Source: Leucoraja ocellata
Taxonomy: Eukaryota
Reading direction: 5' to 3'
Length of the DNA: 64,000 nt
Assembly (NCBI GenBank): GCA_036785375.1
Contig: JAWMAR010000118.1
Coordinates: forward strand, 5,518,001 to 5,582,000
Part shown: in pieces, positions 51,795 through 64,000 of the stretch
How the letters are laid out: each line of letters opens with the position of its first letter
Numbering within the stretch: position 1 is the stretch's first letter
Position numbers and translations under genes: made by a program
The notes under the pieces: generated by a model
Told to the model about the DNA's origin: nothing
Seen by the model: the letters and a program-made list of their open reading frames with translations, nothing else
Databases searched by the model: none

Positions 51795-52475
51795 GACCGA
51801 AGAGGCCATGACCTTAATGTAAGGAGTCATCCACTCAGGACATTTCTTAGGCCCCCTTCGGTCGTGGCTGACCATGGGTGTCTCCAGGGTGCTATTCCCT
51901 ATATGGAGGATGCCTATGCATTACTTTATTTAACGTGGGGAGACTGGTGCACAGCAGCCACCCCACGGTCATTGACAGATCTGGGTCGGGATCCAGTGGC
52001 ATGGAGTCCAGGACGACCGGAGACCCTTTTCTGCTGCAGCCTTCATCCGCCTTCCCAGTCGTTGTGACGCTCCACTCAGGTCAGCCTTCGTCCTCCGCCT
52101 GTTCCACCGTTGAGGTCTTGGTTGGATTGCTCTTTGTCAGAGACTTTCCCCTTGACCTTACCGCCATTGGTGGCCCTACCAGGAGCATAGCTCCAGACGG
52201 CATCGCTCTCAGGTTCACACAAGCGTCTCCACCACGGCAAGGTGACAATCAGGACAAGGATGTGAAGACATTTCTACAACCAGAGATGATGAGTTTTTGG
52301 AATCGTCTCTACAAGATGGTTATGGAGGTTCAACCACTGAATATGTTCAATGTATAGCTTGATCAATAATTGGTCATTGAAGAGTTTAAATAATATAGGT
52401 GTTAGAACAGGAAAAGCCGTGATGCTTTTGGAGCAGGCATAAGTAGCCAAATGCCCTATCCCACTTTTATTTCTT
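51795..52475 (+). mobile_element. Old CR1 fragment hosting the RTE-like insert
   Basis: AGAGGCCATGACCTTAATGTAAGGAGTCATCCACTCAGGACA joins AGGATGTGAAGACATTTCTACAACCAGAG...TTTTGGAAT to give a degenerate RGH..R..PFRT..RHFF.QR...WN. Confidence 0.65.
51843..52248 (-). mobile_element. Non-autonomous RTE-like retroposon (406 bp) with 8-bp target duplication
   Basis: TCAGGACA at 51835-51842 and 52249-52256. The minus-strand 5' end CACCTTGCCGTGGTGGAG...GGAGCTATGCTCCTGGTAGGGCCACC...CTCTGACAAAG resembles RTE (Expander/Rex3/BovB-type) 5' ends as recalled. GC/CpG-rich. Confidence 0.72.
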
Positions 52476-52484
52476 AAACTTTAA

Positions 52485-52808
52485 CAGGGTAGAAAGTCTG
52501 AACATGTTTCCCCAGGTGAAATGTCAAGTACTAGAGGGCATAGCTTTAAAGTGAGAGGAGCAAAGTTTAAAGGTGATGTGCAGAGCAAGTTTTTTTACAT
52601 AGAGAGTGGCGGGTGTCTGGAATGTACTGCCAGAGTTGGTGGTGAAGACAGATATGACAGTGGTATTTAAGAGGCACGTGGACATGTAGGGAGTGGAGGG
52701 ATATGAATCACACACAGGCAGATGATATTGGTTTAACTTGGCATCATGTTTGGCATGGTCATTGTGGGCCGATGGGCCAGTTCCTGTGCTTTACTGTTCT
52801 ATGGTCTA
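52485..52808 (+). mobile_element. CR1-type LINE 3' end
   Basis: CTAGAGGGCATAGCTTTAAAGTGAGAGGAGCAAAG...TGGAATGTACTGCCAGAG...GTGGGCCGATGGGCCAGTTCCTGTGCT. Confidence 0.85.
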
Positions 52809-55072
52809 ACAAATAGTGATTTCAGTTTAGTGTGCTGGCAGAGTTGGTCTCCTCACTAGTGGCATTTTGGGGGTGGTTTTTGATGGTTTCCAGACCTGCA
52901 AACACTGGAGAGACCACATATCCAATGCCGATTAATCCCAGAATAAACTCTCGGTGATAAACAGTGCAGCTTTCAGCTGGTTGGGATGGAACTTTAGATT
53001 CCTGTGCAGATGCAGAATTTAGATAAGTGGACTTCATTCCATTCTTCTGTCTATTATTGGGCCAGGCTGACGTACAGTGCCATTTTCAACTGCTTTGGCA
53101 TATTCTCAATTGTAAAATGGTATTGAAAGTTTGCATAAGTCACCCAACTTGTGATCATAGTAGATGAAGGAAAAAGATCAGTGGGACTCTGAGTACAAAG
53201 CAAAATTATATGTGGCACCTGATGCAGTCAGCTCTTTGTAGGTAGTCCACTCAGCACTGTTCCTGAGTTTAATTTTACCATATGTCCAGTTTGCTGTGAA
53301 ATCTTGAGGTGTATTTCCTTACAGTCACAGCACATCAGAAATGTTACGCAGGGGCCAGTGTTATGGGGGACCAAGAAATAAACAGATCTAAACAGATCAG
53401 GTGGAACATGTTGGTATTTTCTCACTTCAGTGCTTTACTTTCCTTGAAGCTTGTGTGTAAACTTGGCACACGCACTATCTTGTGTATTAACCCACTTGCT
53501 TGGTAATTGTCTTTTGTCTTCAGCTTAGTAAATGGTTGTCTTTCCCCTGTGCTTTTCCCAATTGATACAAGTGTGCAGAGACACAAATAATCAGGTTATT
53601 AATGTGCACACCTTTGTGTTGCCTTCCTTTTGCTCCAAGCATCTGCCAGGATAACAAAAGATTTGTACGTGTTGCATTTGGGCACATTTCCACCACACCG
53701 AATCGCCAGTCTATGAGGTCTCATTCGGGTTAATTCAACAGCAGCCAGGCGTCTGTGATGAAGCTGTATTGCTGTTCCTGCCAAAGTAATTTCTGAGCAA
53801 AAATAAAAGGTTCAAGGCTTGTCAGCATTAGCAGCTAGATAGCTGCTTAGACCTAATGAGAAATCGGACATTGCTAGACTCTGAGCTATCTTGCCAGAGT
53901 CATTTTTCCTGCTTGCCTTTTGTCGGAACGACAGAAAGAGATGTTGTTCAATTAAAACCTCTGACCTGTTGTGGGCTCTTGGAGACAGCCCATTTCATGC
54001 TGGTGATGTGAGTGATTGGCAACATTTAGACAGTTTGGAACCATGCAGTATTTTTTTTAATGTTGCTGGTATATTCAAAGCAACAAAAAAAATCATTGAC
54101 ACTTCCTGTTAGCTGGTTTCCATAGTGATGCACATTCCCAGGAGAAATTTGATATAATTAAATTAGGCTTCTTTTGATGTCAATAAATTAAAAGGATAGA
54201 TTGTCCTTAAGGCAGTGATCCCTCTTGTATTTACTATAACTACGAGTTCATGTTTCACTTTTAATAGTCGTAGGAGTGCGCCAAATAAAATTGACTTAAA
54301 ATTACTTTGCCATAAATTCACATTTATATTGTCCTGTCTATAGGTATAGAAGTTAGTATTTCATTGGAAATTAATTGAAGATTGGCAAGGATATGGCAAT
54401 ATATTTTGATCCTGTTTAGAAATTAATTTAAAATGGATAAAGTTATCTACACAATGTTACTTCCTTCTGGTAACAGCAGAAATACTTTAATCATTTCTAT
54501 TTATTTTATAAAATCTCAACTTTATAATGTTAAATCATAATTCAGTTTGAAGCATGACCAATGGAAACTCTTTCTAATTAATATGCTTTTATGTTTTCAT
54601 GGTTTGATCATTAATATCCATCTAAAGTTTATTGTTATGTTAATCAGTAGTTATGTACATCCCTTTATAAAATAGAAAACATTCCTGGAAATTTGGTTTT
54701 TAATTGATGTATTTCCAGTAGATTGGGTAAGGAAAATACAAATACATTTATCATGTGTAATATTTTATCATTAAAATGTTCTGTTGAATTTGTGTCATAT
54801 ATGCTGACAATTCATTGATCATGATGCTTCATACTATCACAATTTTAACTATGTTTTCATCTGTTTTGCAGAGATACAAATGCACAAGTAGTTATTGAAT
54901 ATTGTCACGTTAATAGTGCTATTAAATCATTTATAAATTGTAGGCCAATTCTGCAGTCTCTGAATTAAAAAAATGCGGTATTAATCCAAGCTGACAATCA
55001 AGGTGAACCAAAGATTTGGCCAGGACCATTTGTATTCTTACGTTTTAAAATGCGGTTTTCCTCCCTTTTCAG

Positions 55073-55183
55073 GTGTGCGCCTAGACAGGGTGCGTGGGGG
55101 ACGGCAGAAGTACAAACGCAGGATAGATGCAGAGAACAGCCCTTACTTGAACCCTCAGCTGGTCCAACCAGCCAAAAAGCCAT
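55073..55183 (+). CDS. ESRRG: ESRRG coding exon 4: C-terminal extension of the DBD and hinge ([36 protein letters not shown])
   Basis: Acceptor ctcccttttcag|GT, donor CCAT|gtaagg. 111 nt. Contains the RGGR motif typical of ERR/SF-1 monomeric DNA binding. Confidence 0.98.
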
Positions 55184-57524
55184 GTAAGGATAAAGATTTG
55201 TTTAAATATTATATCGTGCATTAGCTATTAGTATATAAAACTTCAGCATGTTAATTTACAAATTACACACTGTAAAACAATAGCATGACTTATCTATTTC
55301 AGTGTGTTCACCCTGCACCCACATCTAGTTAAAGAGTTTGTAAACAGATGGGAGTGATGATAGTGCAGAACTAATCCAGTCTCCATTTTATAAATCACCA
55401 GAGTTTGTTTTTCATCAAGGATAGCATGACGTACTTTATGAAAAATGATGTACAGTCATGTGGAAATATTTTGAAATATATATATTTTCTGGGCAGTCCA
55501 ATTAAACATGAAGTCCGCAGTGGCAATACTGCCACAACATTTTATCTTAAATTACAATTTGAATACTAAAAATGTTTAATTTTGTTGTTTTGAAAAAGTC
55601 CCATATAAATTTTAATTTTGCTTTTATTTGTACCCCTTGACTGATTTAAAATAAGGATTATTAAACAAAGTTGAACATTGACATTATTAAACATATCTGC
55701 GGTGTGTATTTTTCTGAGCTCGAAGCTAACCATTGTGTTAAACTCAAAATACTAGAATGAAGATTACAGATCTGCATAAGCTGGATATTGCCTTTTTAAA
55801 ATCTTTATCAGGAGACTTTGCCATCAAGAGAGTAAATGTTACATTTTAGGTGTTGTTCCCTTCCTTCTCGTTTTGGGTTGTAGCAAATGCAGTAATTTTA
55901 TACCAGTAATTATTTTTCTTACTGAAGTTGCAGTAGCTTTCTAATTGAAAAAAAAAAAAAATTCAAACTGATGATATTTGAGATTGGCAAATACTTTAAC
56001 ATTGCATCTAGAATATAGGAACATACATTTTTTGTGGCGTGAACATTATATCATAATTTTAGTGCATGGGTCTGTGTCCTTTTTGAGCTTAGTGATGCAC
56101 AGGCTTATTCAAGACTGAAACTGTTTGTATTTTCCAACATATTCTTTCTATTAAATAATAAATAATTAAGTATAGCTGAAAGCAATTCATGGAATTTCAG
56201 ACGTTAATCAAACTAGACCTCACACTTTTACAAGGGAGGGCGTAATATACTATATTGATGAAACATTGCAATCACATTTAAAGTTCTGTAAGTCAAATTA
56301 TGTTAGGATTTTGCAATGAAGCTCATTCTACCAAAGTTCAGTCTTTAATACACATATCCAAAGAACACAATGTAACTAGATCAAATCTATTCAGTTTTTG
56401 ATTTCCTCAAATGAGTATTTACAAAGCCTTTGGTTTGCATCTCACCTTAAAATTAAAATTAAATTATTAATTACAAAAAATCCAAAAAGCAAATGTATAT
56501 AATTTGTTAAAGATGCATACTCCATCTTTTACAAACTCCTGCCTGAAATATACAGCAGGGTAATTTTGTGAACCCTGGAGGAAACAATACTAAGTTAATA
56601 AAAGTGACAGATAAATGATTTGCCATTTACTTTGCTAGAGGTGATGCCATTTTAATACTCTACATTTTTTTATATAGAAATTGTTCAAAGGGACTAGAAG
56701 CAAGCTGTGAATTTTTTTGCTAAACATATGCTTCCCATAATGATATTTCCTGACAAATAATAACTATTGCAGATAAGGACTGATTCACATCATTATATGA
56801 TTTCCTGTGCCGCCGTGATACCTTAAAAATCTGATCATTTCCCTATCACTTGTGTCTCCAGACCAGTAGTGAGGAGTAATGTCTATTTGTCTTTTATATC
56901 ACTTGACTGAATGACTCAACTGGTTATATTGTGCATGGTCCTACAGATCAGAAATGTCTATATCCATATGTAACTTGACGGGCGTTTTGAGTATTTAAGA
57001 CTCACCGTCCTTTCTCTGTTTTAAAATTGTTTTGCTATGCCCATTTGTTTCCTCTAAGTTTTTAATTTATCGTAATTAATTTAGAATCTTTTCCAAGATA
57101 CAGCATCTTTGAATGTTAATAAGATTCCATTGTTGTTTGTGTCAATGATTTTGGATAGTCTTACCAATTGTCAGTCATTATTTGCTAAATAATTACTGTT
57201 AATTTCATGTTGTTCATTTAATAAGTAATCTTTTTATTTAAAAAATAAGTGTTGATAAAATACATGGTGAGTTTTTAACTTGTGTCAGGAAGTAGGGCAT
57301 GTGTTGTGCTTTGAGTCTAAGAGATTTTCTAGCTCCTGATTGATTATTTGTGCATTACAAAGCCGTTCTGATGAAAATTGGGTTGTATTGATTCTAATTA
57401 AGGCAACATTAAATAAGATTTACCAAGAGATACCGCTTGCAGCTACTCAATTCCCTGAGTGATGAGGCTGTCTAAACTGATGCAAACGTTTCATGCTTTC
57501 TCTTGCCTGGCCTTTCTATTCTAG

Positions 57525-57686
57525 TCAACAAGATTGTCTCACACTTGCTTGTGGCTGAGCCAGAGAAGATCTATGCCATGCCTGATCCAACCGTTCCTGA
57601 CAGTGACATCAAGGCCCTTACTACACTATGTGATCTGGCTGATCGAGAACTGGTGGTCATCATTGGATGGGCAAAGCATATTCCAG
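57525..57686 (+). CDS. ESRRG: ESRRG coding exon 5: start of ligand-binding domain ([55 protein letters not shown])
   Basis: Acceptor ctttctattctag|TC, donor CCAG|gtaata. 162 nt. WAKHIPG signature, and [20 protein letters not shown] fits ERR-gamma rather than alpha or beta. Confidence 0.97.
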
Positions 57687-59139
57687 GTAATAAAAAAAAA
57701 TAATAAAATCAAGCATACACATTGCTAAGCAAGTCATGAAGATGAATAAAAGTGTCTTTAAGTGCTTGATGCTGACCAGCAAGAAACTCCAAAAATGTCT
57801 TTAATAAGAGGTGTTTTCTCCAATGAAAAGCCAGCAGCTTTCACTATTACGTGACTCAAATAATGGATTAATGTACATGCGGTTTTATTCATATTTATTT
57901 TGGTCATTTGTAAACAAGCAAGATCAGAAATGGATTAACACATTAGGATCACAGCAATAGTTCTGCATCAAAAAAACTGAGATCTCTTCTGATGAAATTC
58001 CCAGCTGTGTCCTTGCAGAACCCGGATGTTATCTGCTCTCTGAGGGGTAATCCACTAGACTACCCTTTCCTGTTGCCTGGACTGAAGGCTGCTTTTTGCC
58101 CGGTGACTAACCATAAATCAAGCTCTGTATCTGAACTGATGGCAATGACTATCAAACTGAACGACAGTGTGCCTTCATCTTCATTGTCTTAAACTTCACC
58201 CATAGTCAGGTTTGAAAGATAAAATACATCAGGGTGGAGGGGAAAAAAATAAGTGCATACTTACACCATCTACAATTTGTATATAACATGAGGAATTGGG
58301 CTGTGGGGAAGTGAGATCTGAGAAGATGGATTAGGAAAAGCATGCCATTTTCTTTCATGGAGTCAGTTGTTCTAAGGATAGGGGTGCTTCATGGAATGTC
58401 ACATTGAAAACCAGTGACCAGTGCCATGTGTGAAGTCATTGAATGTTTTGCTTCTCTGCAAAATATCCTTAGAACTGCACTTCCTAATACACCTCTAAAA
58501 CTAACTCCTCCCACTGCCTTTCTTCACGTGTCTTGAGGGCCTGCAGATCGAGGTCACCCTTCTTCCTCGACATCTCTCACCCAAGTCTCCAATGGACCAC
58601 CTAATATTTGAACGTGTACTCCAACAAGTTATCACTTCACGTAGCAATGTGTAAAACATTAAGAATAACTTTTACCACCAAACGCTGTCTAGATTCACCT
58701 CCCTTTAAGCGGTGCAGCCAGAGTTTAATCAACACTGGATAGCTTGAACCATTTACAAAGCCAAGGCCATTGGAGATGCATTAAGGCAACCACAGCATTT
58801 GCTGTGTGCTGAAAACATTGAAAACAAGTGGGCAGCATACATTCCCTGTGCTGCCTGTACTTGGATAATAAGACAAGGGTTAATTTCATATCGTGATTCC
58901 ACTGTCAGTTTTCTACCACAATCCAATTAAAACCCCAAAGTTCTTAATTGAAATAATCTGATGATCCAGGAGTGTATTTATATTGCATTTGATCTAATCT
59001 TGGTTGTTGATTAGTTCTTTATTATTTATCAACTTTTGCCAATGCGCACTTGGGTTTGTAGAAGCTAATTCATTACATAAATATAATATAATTAGTTCTG
59101 CCTTGCATTTCTTCGCTCTCAAGCTGATAATGTGACGCG

Positions 59140-59265
59140 GAGACATAAGAAAATGCAGTTGGTGGAATCTGGAAGAGTAAACAAAGGGATTTAGCAGGTC
59201 AAGCAGCATCTGGAGGCTGGGGGTGTAGGCATGGTTGACATTTTGGCTCAAGAACCTGCATCAGC
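59140..59265 (-). mobile_element. Old Penelope-like terminal fragment
   Basis: TTAGCAGGTCAAGCAGCATCTG...GTTGACATTTTGGCTCAAGAACCTGCATCAG (minus strand begins CTGATGCAGG). Confidence 0.55.
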
Positions 59266-61009
59266 CCTAAAGTGAATTTAACAATATGATCCTAAATTTA
59301 CTCTGATTACAACTTTCCTGAGGAACAATTGTCTGCAAGCTCGCTCACTTTCTAATAATGTCAGCTTTGACCACGGTGAACAAACCTTGACTTTAAACTG
59401 ATTTAGGCTGAAGATCAAAGCTCTAACATCCTTCCTCAAAGGAGAGTGGTGTGGGTAAAATTTAAATGCACGATTGAGACTTTTTCTCGGCAATGGCTGC
59501 GTTTTTTCTTATGCTAAGTCAATATAACAACAAAGAGCTCAGTTAGGACTTTCAGCTGTAAAAGACAGTTTAATTTAGTAATCTGTTCCACAGAAGAGAC
59601 GATTTTGTGTGCCACATAGCCTCTGAAGCATTATTTAATGGTGGTAGTGAATTAAGAAATAGAGTCTTGATAACATCAGCTTTTCTGATGTGCAGAAAGA
59701 GACCAAAGACATTGCTTTCATTAATTCTGTTTCACAAAGCATTTAACTCAGCTGTGTCCACAACAGAGGCAAATATTTAAAGAAAATATAGAATGACTTT
59801 ATCAGCAAATAGAATTAGTCTACCCATGCTAATAAAGCAGCTGAACAGAAAGCGGGGCATTATGAAATTTGAACAGTCCTTATCTGACAAAGAGCACAAT
59901 GAAATTAGACAGCACTTGACCGGTTATTTTAAGTTAAAGTGGAATGAGTGGGTACAAGAGACAGAGGCTGTGCCCTAATAGTCCTTTACTGTGACAAGGC
60001 CCCCACCATTACCATCCTTTTATGTTCTCGGAAATTGCCCCTGCGCTCTATTCTGGCTCATATCTGTCTGTCTTCTTTTCTCTCTCTTTCAATTTTGTAT
60101 GTGCTTGGATAAGCCCGTGCTAACACAATATGATTGAGCTGTAAAATGGAATCCTGTCGGCTTTAATCTCTTTTATGTAGATACTGTGGTACTTCCACAC
60201 TCTGCTTCATCCAGTCTATTGTGAGTCAGAATGGACTGGGGAGTAATGCAGGCTGAATCAAATATTGCAGCTAGGTTTCACACGTACGATAAAAAGATTA
60301 TCAATACAGCAGTCAGACGTATTGTTAAACTTTGTGTTGGATTAGAATATTCCTGTGTTACCACATTAGTAAAATACTGGAGGTGCATATTCAGGCATTG
60401 CTAGGAAGACACACTGCACTTTATCCCAATATTATTATAAGATTTAATATATCTTCTTTCTCTGTGTGTTAGCTACATTCAACACAATGCTTATTTGACA
60501 TCCACCTACAAGTACACTCTACATCTTTAGTATGTGGAACTTATATGTTCTCAATGTACTTCAGTAGAATATCTTTACCATTTCGATACATTTTCACCCA
60601 AATCATTACATTTGCTAAAAAATAATATAAAATGTAACCGCAGGGAAAGGAACACTGTCTTGTACCTGATATTTGACAGAGTTGGATCCTGGATTTCAAG
60701 TTATGATCCCCTGCATTAAATTCTGCCCCCTCCAAAGGCAGTGAGCTGAATTTCAAATTAAAAGCCGATGTATTCCTTGTGTCCTGGTGTGCAGGACCTT
60801 CCCTATAACAGACATTAATTAACTAATATTTACATGCCCAATCCAGGCCTGAACTTGCATTGAGCTTGCTTCACACATATCCATCATGATCTATTGGATC
60901 AAGTCTCATGTATTCAAATGGGCTACTGGAAACGGCTCAAAATAGTGTCATAAAATAGTTCACTCGTGCGATTGGCACAGTTGATGAGATTAGGACAGAT
61001 GGACAAAAA

Positions 61010-61075
61010 AGCTCAGCATGGGCATGGTGGGCCAAATGGCCTGGTTCTGTGCTGTACAGCTCTGTCTCTGTGACA
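61010..61075 (+). mobile_element. CR1/SINE 3' tail remnant
   Basis: CAGCATGGGCATGGTGGGCCAAATGGCCTGGTTCTGTGCTGTAC. Confidence 0.65.
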
Positions 61076-62026
61076 CAATAATTTCTGTGGACTCTAAAGG
61101 ATCATTCATGGTTTTGGAAATTACTGCAAGCCATGCCTCTATCAGAGAGTGCCAGGCACTTGCCCGATTGCTTCATTGGCTTGCTTGATTGATGCCTCTA
61201 GATTTCAATGAACCCAAGGCCTAATTCCATTTGGGTGTCAGTCTGGCATCTTCAGGCATGTGTTCAGAGTATGCTGGATGTCCGCCTGAGATGAATTCCT
61301 GCCCTTTGCAGGTACTGAATACTTCATCCCTACCTCACAAAGCCCCAAATGCTTCATTGCTAATGAATAACTGTTGTTATGTATGTAAATGGATTAAGTT
61401 GCATTACCCACGACCAACACATATGATGAATGACTAGCATTTTTTTTTTATTGTAGAAAATGCAGCGCTAGGGATTAGGACATGAAGCATTCCCATAAGT
61501 AGTATGTTTGAAATGGAAGCAATTGAATAGTATGATAAACTTAGACGTTCTATTAGGTGTGGCTTTTGTCTCCTTTTAATATTTTTTTGTTTAAATTGTG
61601 ATTACATGTGATATCATCACAAGAGCTGGCTTTGAGACATAGTTGAGCTCAACCACATGAAGGAGTTCATTTATCACCACTGCAGTTTACCCGGGGTGCT
61701 TCAGTAATCATATAATTTTAATTGTACATTTTAATTTGCTTCATTTGTACTGCCACACACAATTATTCTTCCTAGCAGTTTCCCCAATGATAACTGCACA
61801 AAAAGTTTGAGTAGGTCTTTTCGAAACATTACCAATTGCAAAAGGATGTTAGTAGACAATTAATTTGTACTTTTCTTTTAAAATCTGACTAAAGGCGATA
61901 TATCCTCCTTACAAAGAAAAGTTGTAATAATCAAATGTGAGAAAGTATACTAGGCAAGAAATTTGATCCATTACTACATATTTACATGTATAAATTACGA
62001 GTAGAAGTGATTTGATTCAACTTAAA

Positions 62027-62306
62027 TCATAGTCATAGAGTGATATAACGTGGAAATAGGCCCGTCGGCCCAACTTGCCCAAACCGACCAACATGTCCTA
62101 CCTGCCTGCATTTGGCCAATATCCCTCTAAACCTGTCTTATCCATGTACCTGCCTCACTGTTTCTAAAACATTGCAATAGTCCCTGCCTCAACTACCTCC
62201 TGTGGCAGCTCATTCCATACACCCACCACCCTTTGTGTGAAAAAGTTATCCCTCAGATGCTTATTAAACCTTTCCCCCTTCACCTTAAACCTATGTCCTC
62301 TGGTTT
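62027..62306 (-). mobile_element. CR1-type LINE 3' end
   Basis: TCATAGTCATAGAGTG tail, CCTGCCTCAACTACCTCC...CATTCCATACACCCACCACCCTTTGTGTGAAAAAG...CACCTTAAACCTATGTCCTCT. Confidence 0.88.
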
Positions 62307-62407
62307 TCAAAAACATGGCAGCAATCATTCATGAGTGTAATCATATCCATCCAGAAATTGGCCATTCTGTCTTCAATTCACTGCCACACAACTGGGAATA
62401 TATCATG

Positions 62408-62495
62408 AAGATAGACACAAAAAGCTGGAGTAACAAACAGGCAGCATTTCTGGAGAGAAGGAATGGGTGATGTTTCAGGTCGAAACCCATCTTCA
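62408..62495 (-). mobile_element. Minimal Penelope-like insert with 13-bp target duplication
   Basis: GGAATATATCATG at 62395-62407 and 62496-62508. Minus strand reads CTGAAGATGGGTTTCGACCTGAAACATCACCCATTCC. Confidence 0.8.
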
Positions 62496-64000
62496 GGAAT
62501 ATATCATGGTGAGATCACCAAGGAGATGTCAAGACCATGAGAGTGATGCCCTGTACACAGCATCTTCCCACCTGAGTTGTCAATGTTTAAGATATTTGTA
62601 ACTTCAGATAGTTAGCGATATAGAAAAGAGAAACCTGCTCCATCATTCAGTATGTCCATGGATTTTTGCTTTTGTTCCCCGTTCTTGTTCTCTCCCGAAA
62701 CCCTTTGAACCCTTTACTAGTAAGAACTACATCTCTCTCCTTCCCTGAATTTACATAATGACTTGGGCTTCACTGCCTTCTAGAGGAGATTATTCCACCA
62801 TTGTAGCCTTTCCATACTGTGCAAATCAGAGCTCCATTCTGTTATCACTCCCACCATTAATCACATCTCCAAGTTTTTTTCCTCTGCAAGTATTTTTCAA
62901 TGGAGCATTTCATTTTATTTTCTCAGGAAGAAGGGTGAGGGAATTAGTGCAGATGCTGAAAGGAAACAGGGACTTATGGAATAATGTATTCTGGAAGATT
63001 CGTGGAGATGTTTGGTCATATTCTTGCGTGGTGTTGCTCATTACCCCCATTAGACAGTGAAACTTTAAGCACATTTGTCAGTGGACACTGTCGATGGAAA
63101 TTTGTCCATGCACTAACCACAGTTATTAGTATAGTTGATGTTATGTTGATGCAGCCATTGCAGAATTGATCGAATGCTGAATTTTCTGAAGCAATGTTAA
63201 AGTGTGGTAACTCCAGAAGCAGTTCCTAAATCACAGTGATCAGTTCTAAGGATATCAGTTTCTGAAAACCTGTTTTCATCTCTGCCATCCATATCAATAG
63301 CCCTACTTTTATTTTTTCCCCAGGAAGAGGAATGTGCTATTCATTTTTTCTTTCCGATATTAATTGCATTCAAACAGTAAACATTGTTCAGTAGAATCAA
63401 ACCAATAATAATGGTACATTAAGTACTAGATCTAATAAATTTTGTTTATTCTCTTTATCTCTCTGAGATATTTCAGAAATATTTATGCATGAAGTCTGTT
63501 ACGTAAAGTTCTGTCAGCAGGAGTATGCAATTTCTTGTTAAAGAGTTAAATAAGTTTACTTAATCACGGAAACAGCTGTTCTGCAGAACTCTGTTGCAAC
63601 ATAAGTTGTTCTATAGATTATTTGTAGGCTTTGGCTCATGATTTTATTTTAGGAATCCCGGGTTAGAAAGGAAGATAAGACAGCTTGGAATTTTGACAGA
63701 TCTAAATTCCACTGAATAAAAATGTAATATTGTCTCCTAAACAAACAAGCTGCCACACATTTAAAAAAAATATCTATTTCCTCTTCACTTGAAAGTATTG
63801 TTTTCCAGACGTTTTTCCAGAATGTCAAAGTCAATTTAATGCATTTCACTACGCTGAATAAATCAGAACCGAAATCCTTGCTAAAAGTGAAAACTTGATT
63901 TGTTAAAAGGAGCTTAGGGCAACTATTAATCAATACATCCAGAGTGTCAGTGCTGAAGCCCTGATAGACAGTGATGCATTTGGATATTGGTTGAAGCAGA

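Noticed and set aside
51878-52357. 159-aa ORF
   Set aside because: Antisense read-through of a GC-rich retroposon into a CR1 remnant, with no recognisable domain.

Overview
Vertebrate genomic DNA, most likely a cartilaginous fish (skate/ray-type CR1, V-SINE and Penelope repeats; this is an inference). The window holds the 5' part of the nuclear receptor gene ESRRG (ERR-gamma, NR3B3) on the + strand. Five coding exons are visible: 190-245 (MDFVELCLPESFSLRYNEE, missed by the ORF track), 22952-23364, 26266-26382, 55073-55183 and 57525-57686. All junctions are GT-AG, the phases are compatible, and they total 859 nt (N-terminus, both C4 zinc fingers, hinge, start of the ligand-binding domain). The rest of the gene lies beyond base 64000. 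The introns contain a full-length but dead DD34E Tc1 transposon, a palindrome-rich Harbinger-like MITE, a 406-bp non-autonomous RTE-like insert, about 8 Penelope-like fragments whose consensus fits a minimal hammerhead ribozyme, many CR1 3' ends (some nested), tRNA-type SINEs and a 263-N assembly gap. Nearly all other ORFs in the track are noise or repeat-derived. I see no evidence of a new multi-gene system. The best leads are an overlapping uORF plus alternative splice signals that could switch between long and short ERR-gamma, a recursive-type splice site at exon 3, and the ribozyme-like retroelements.
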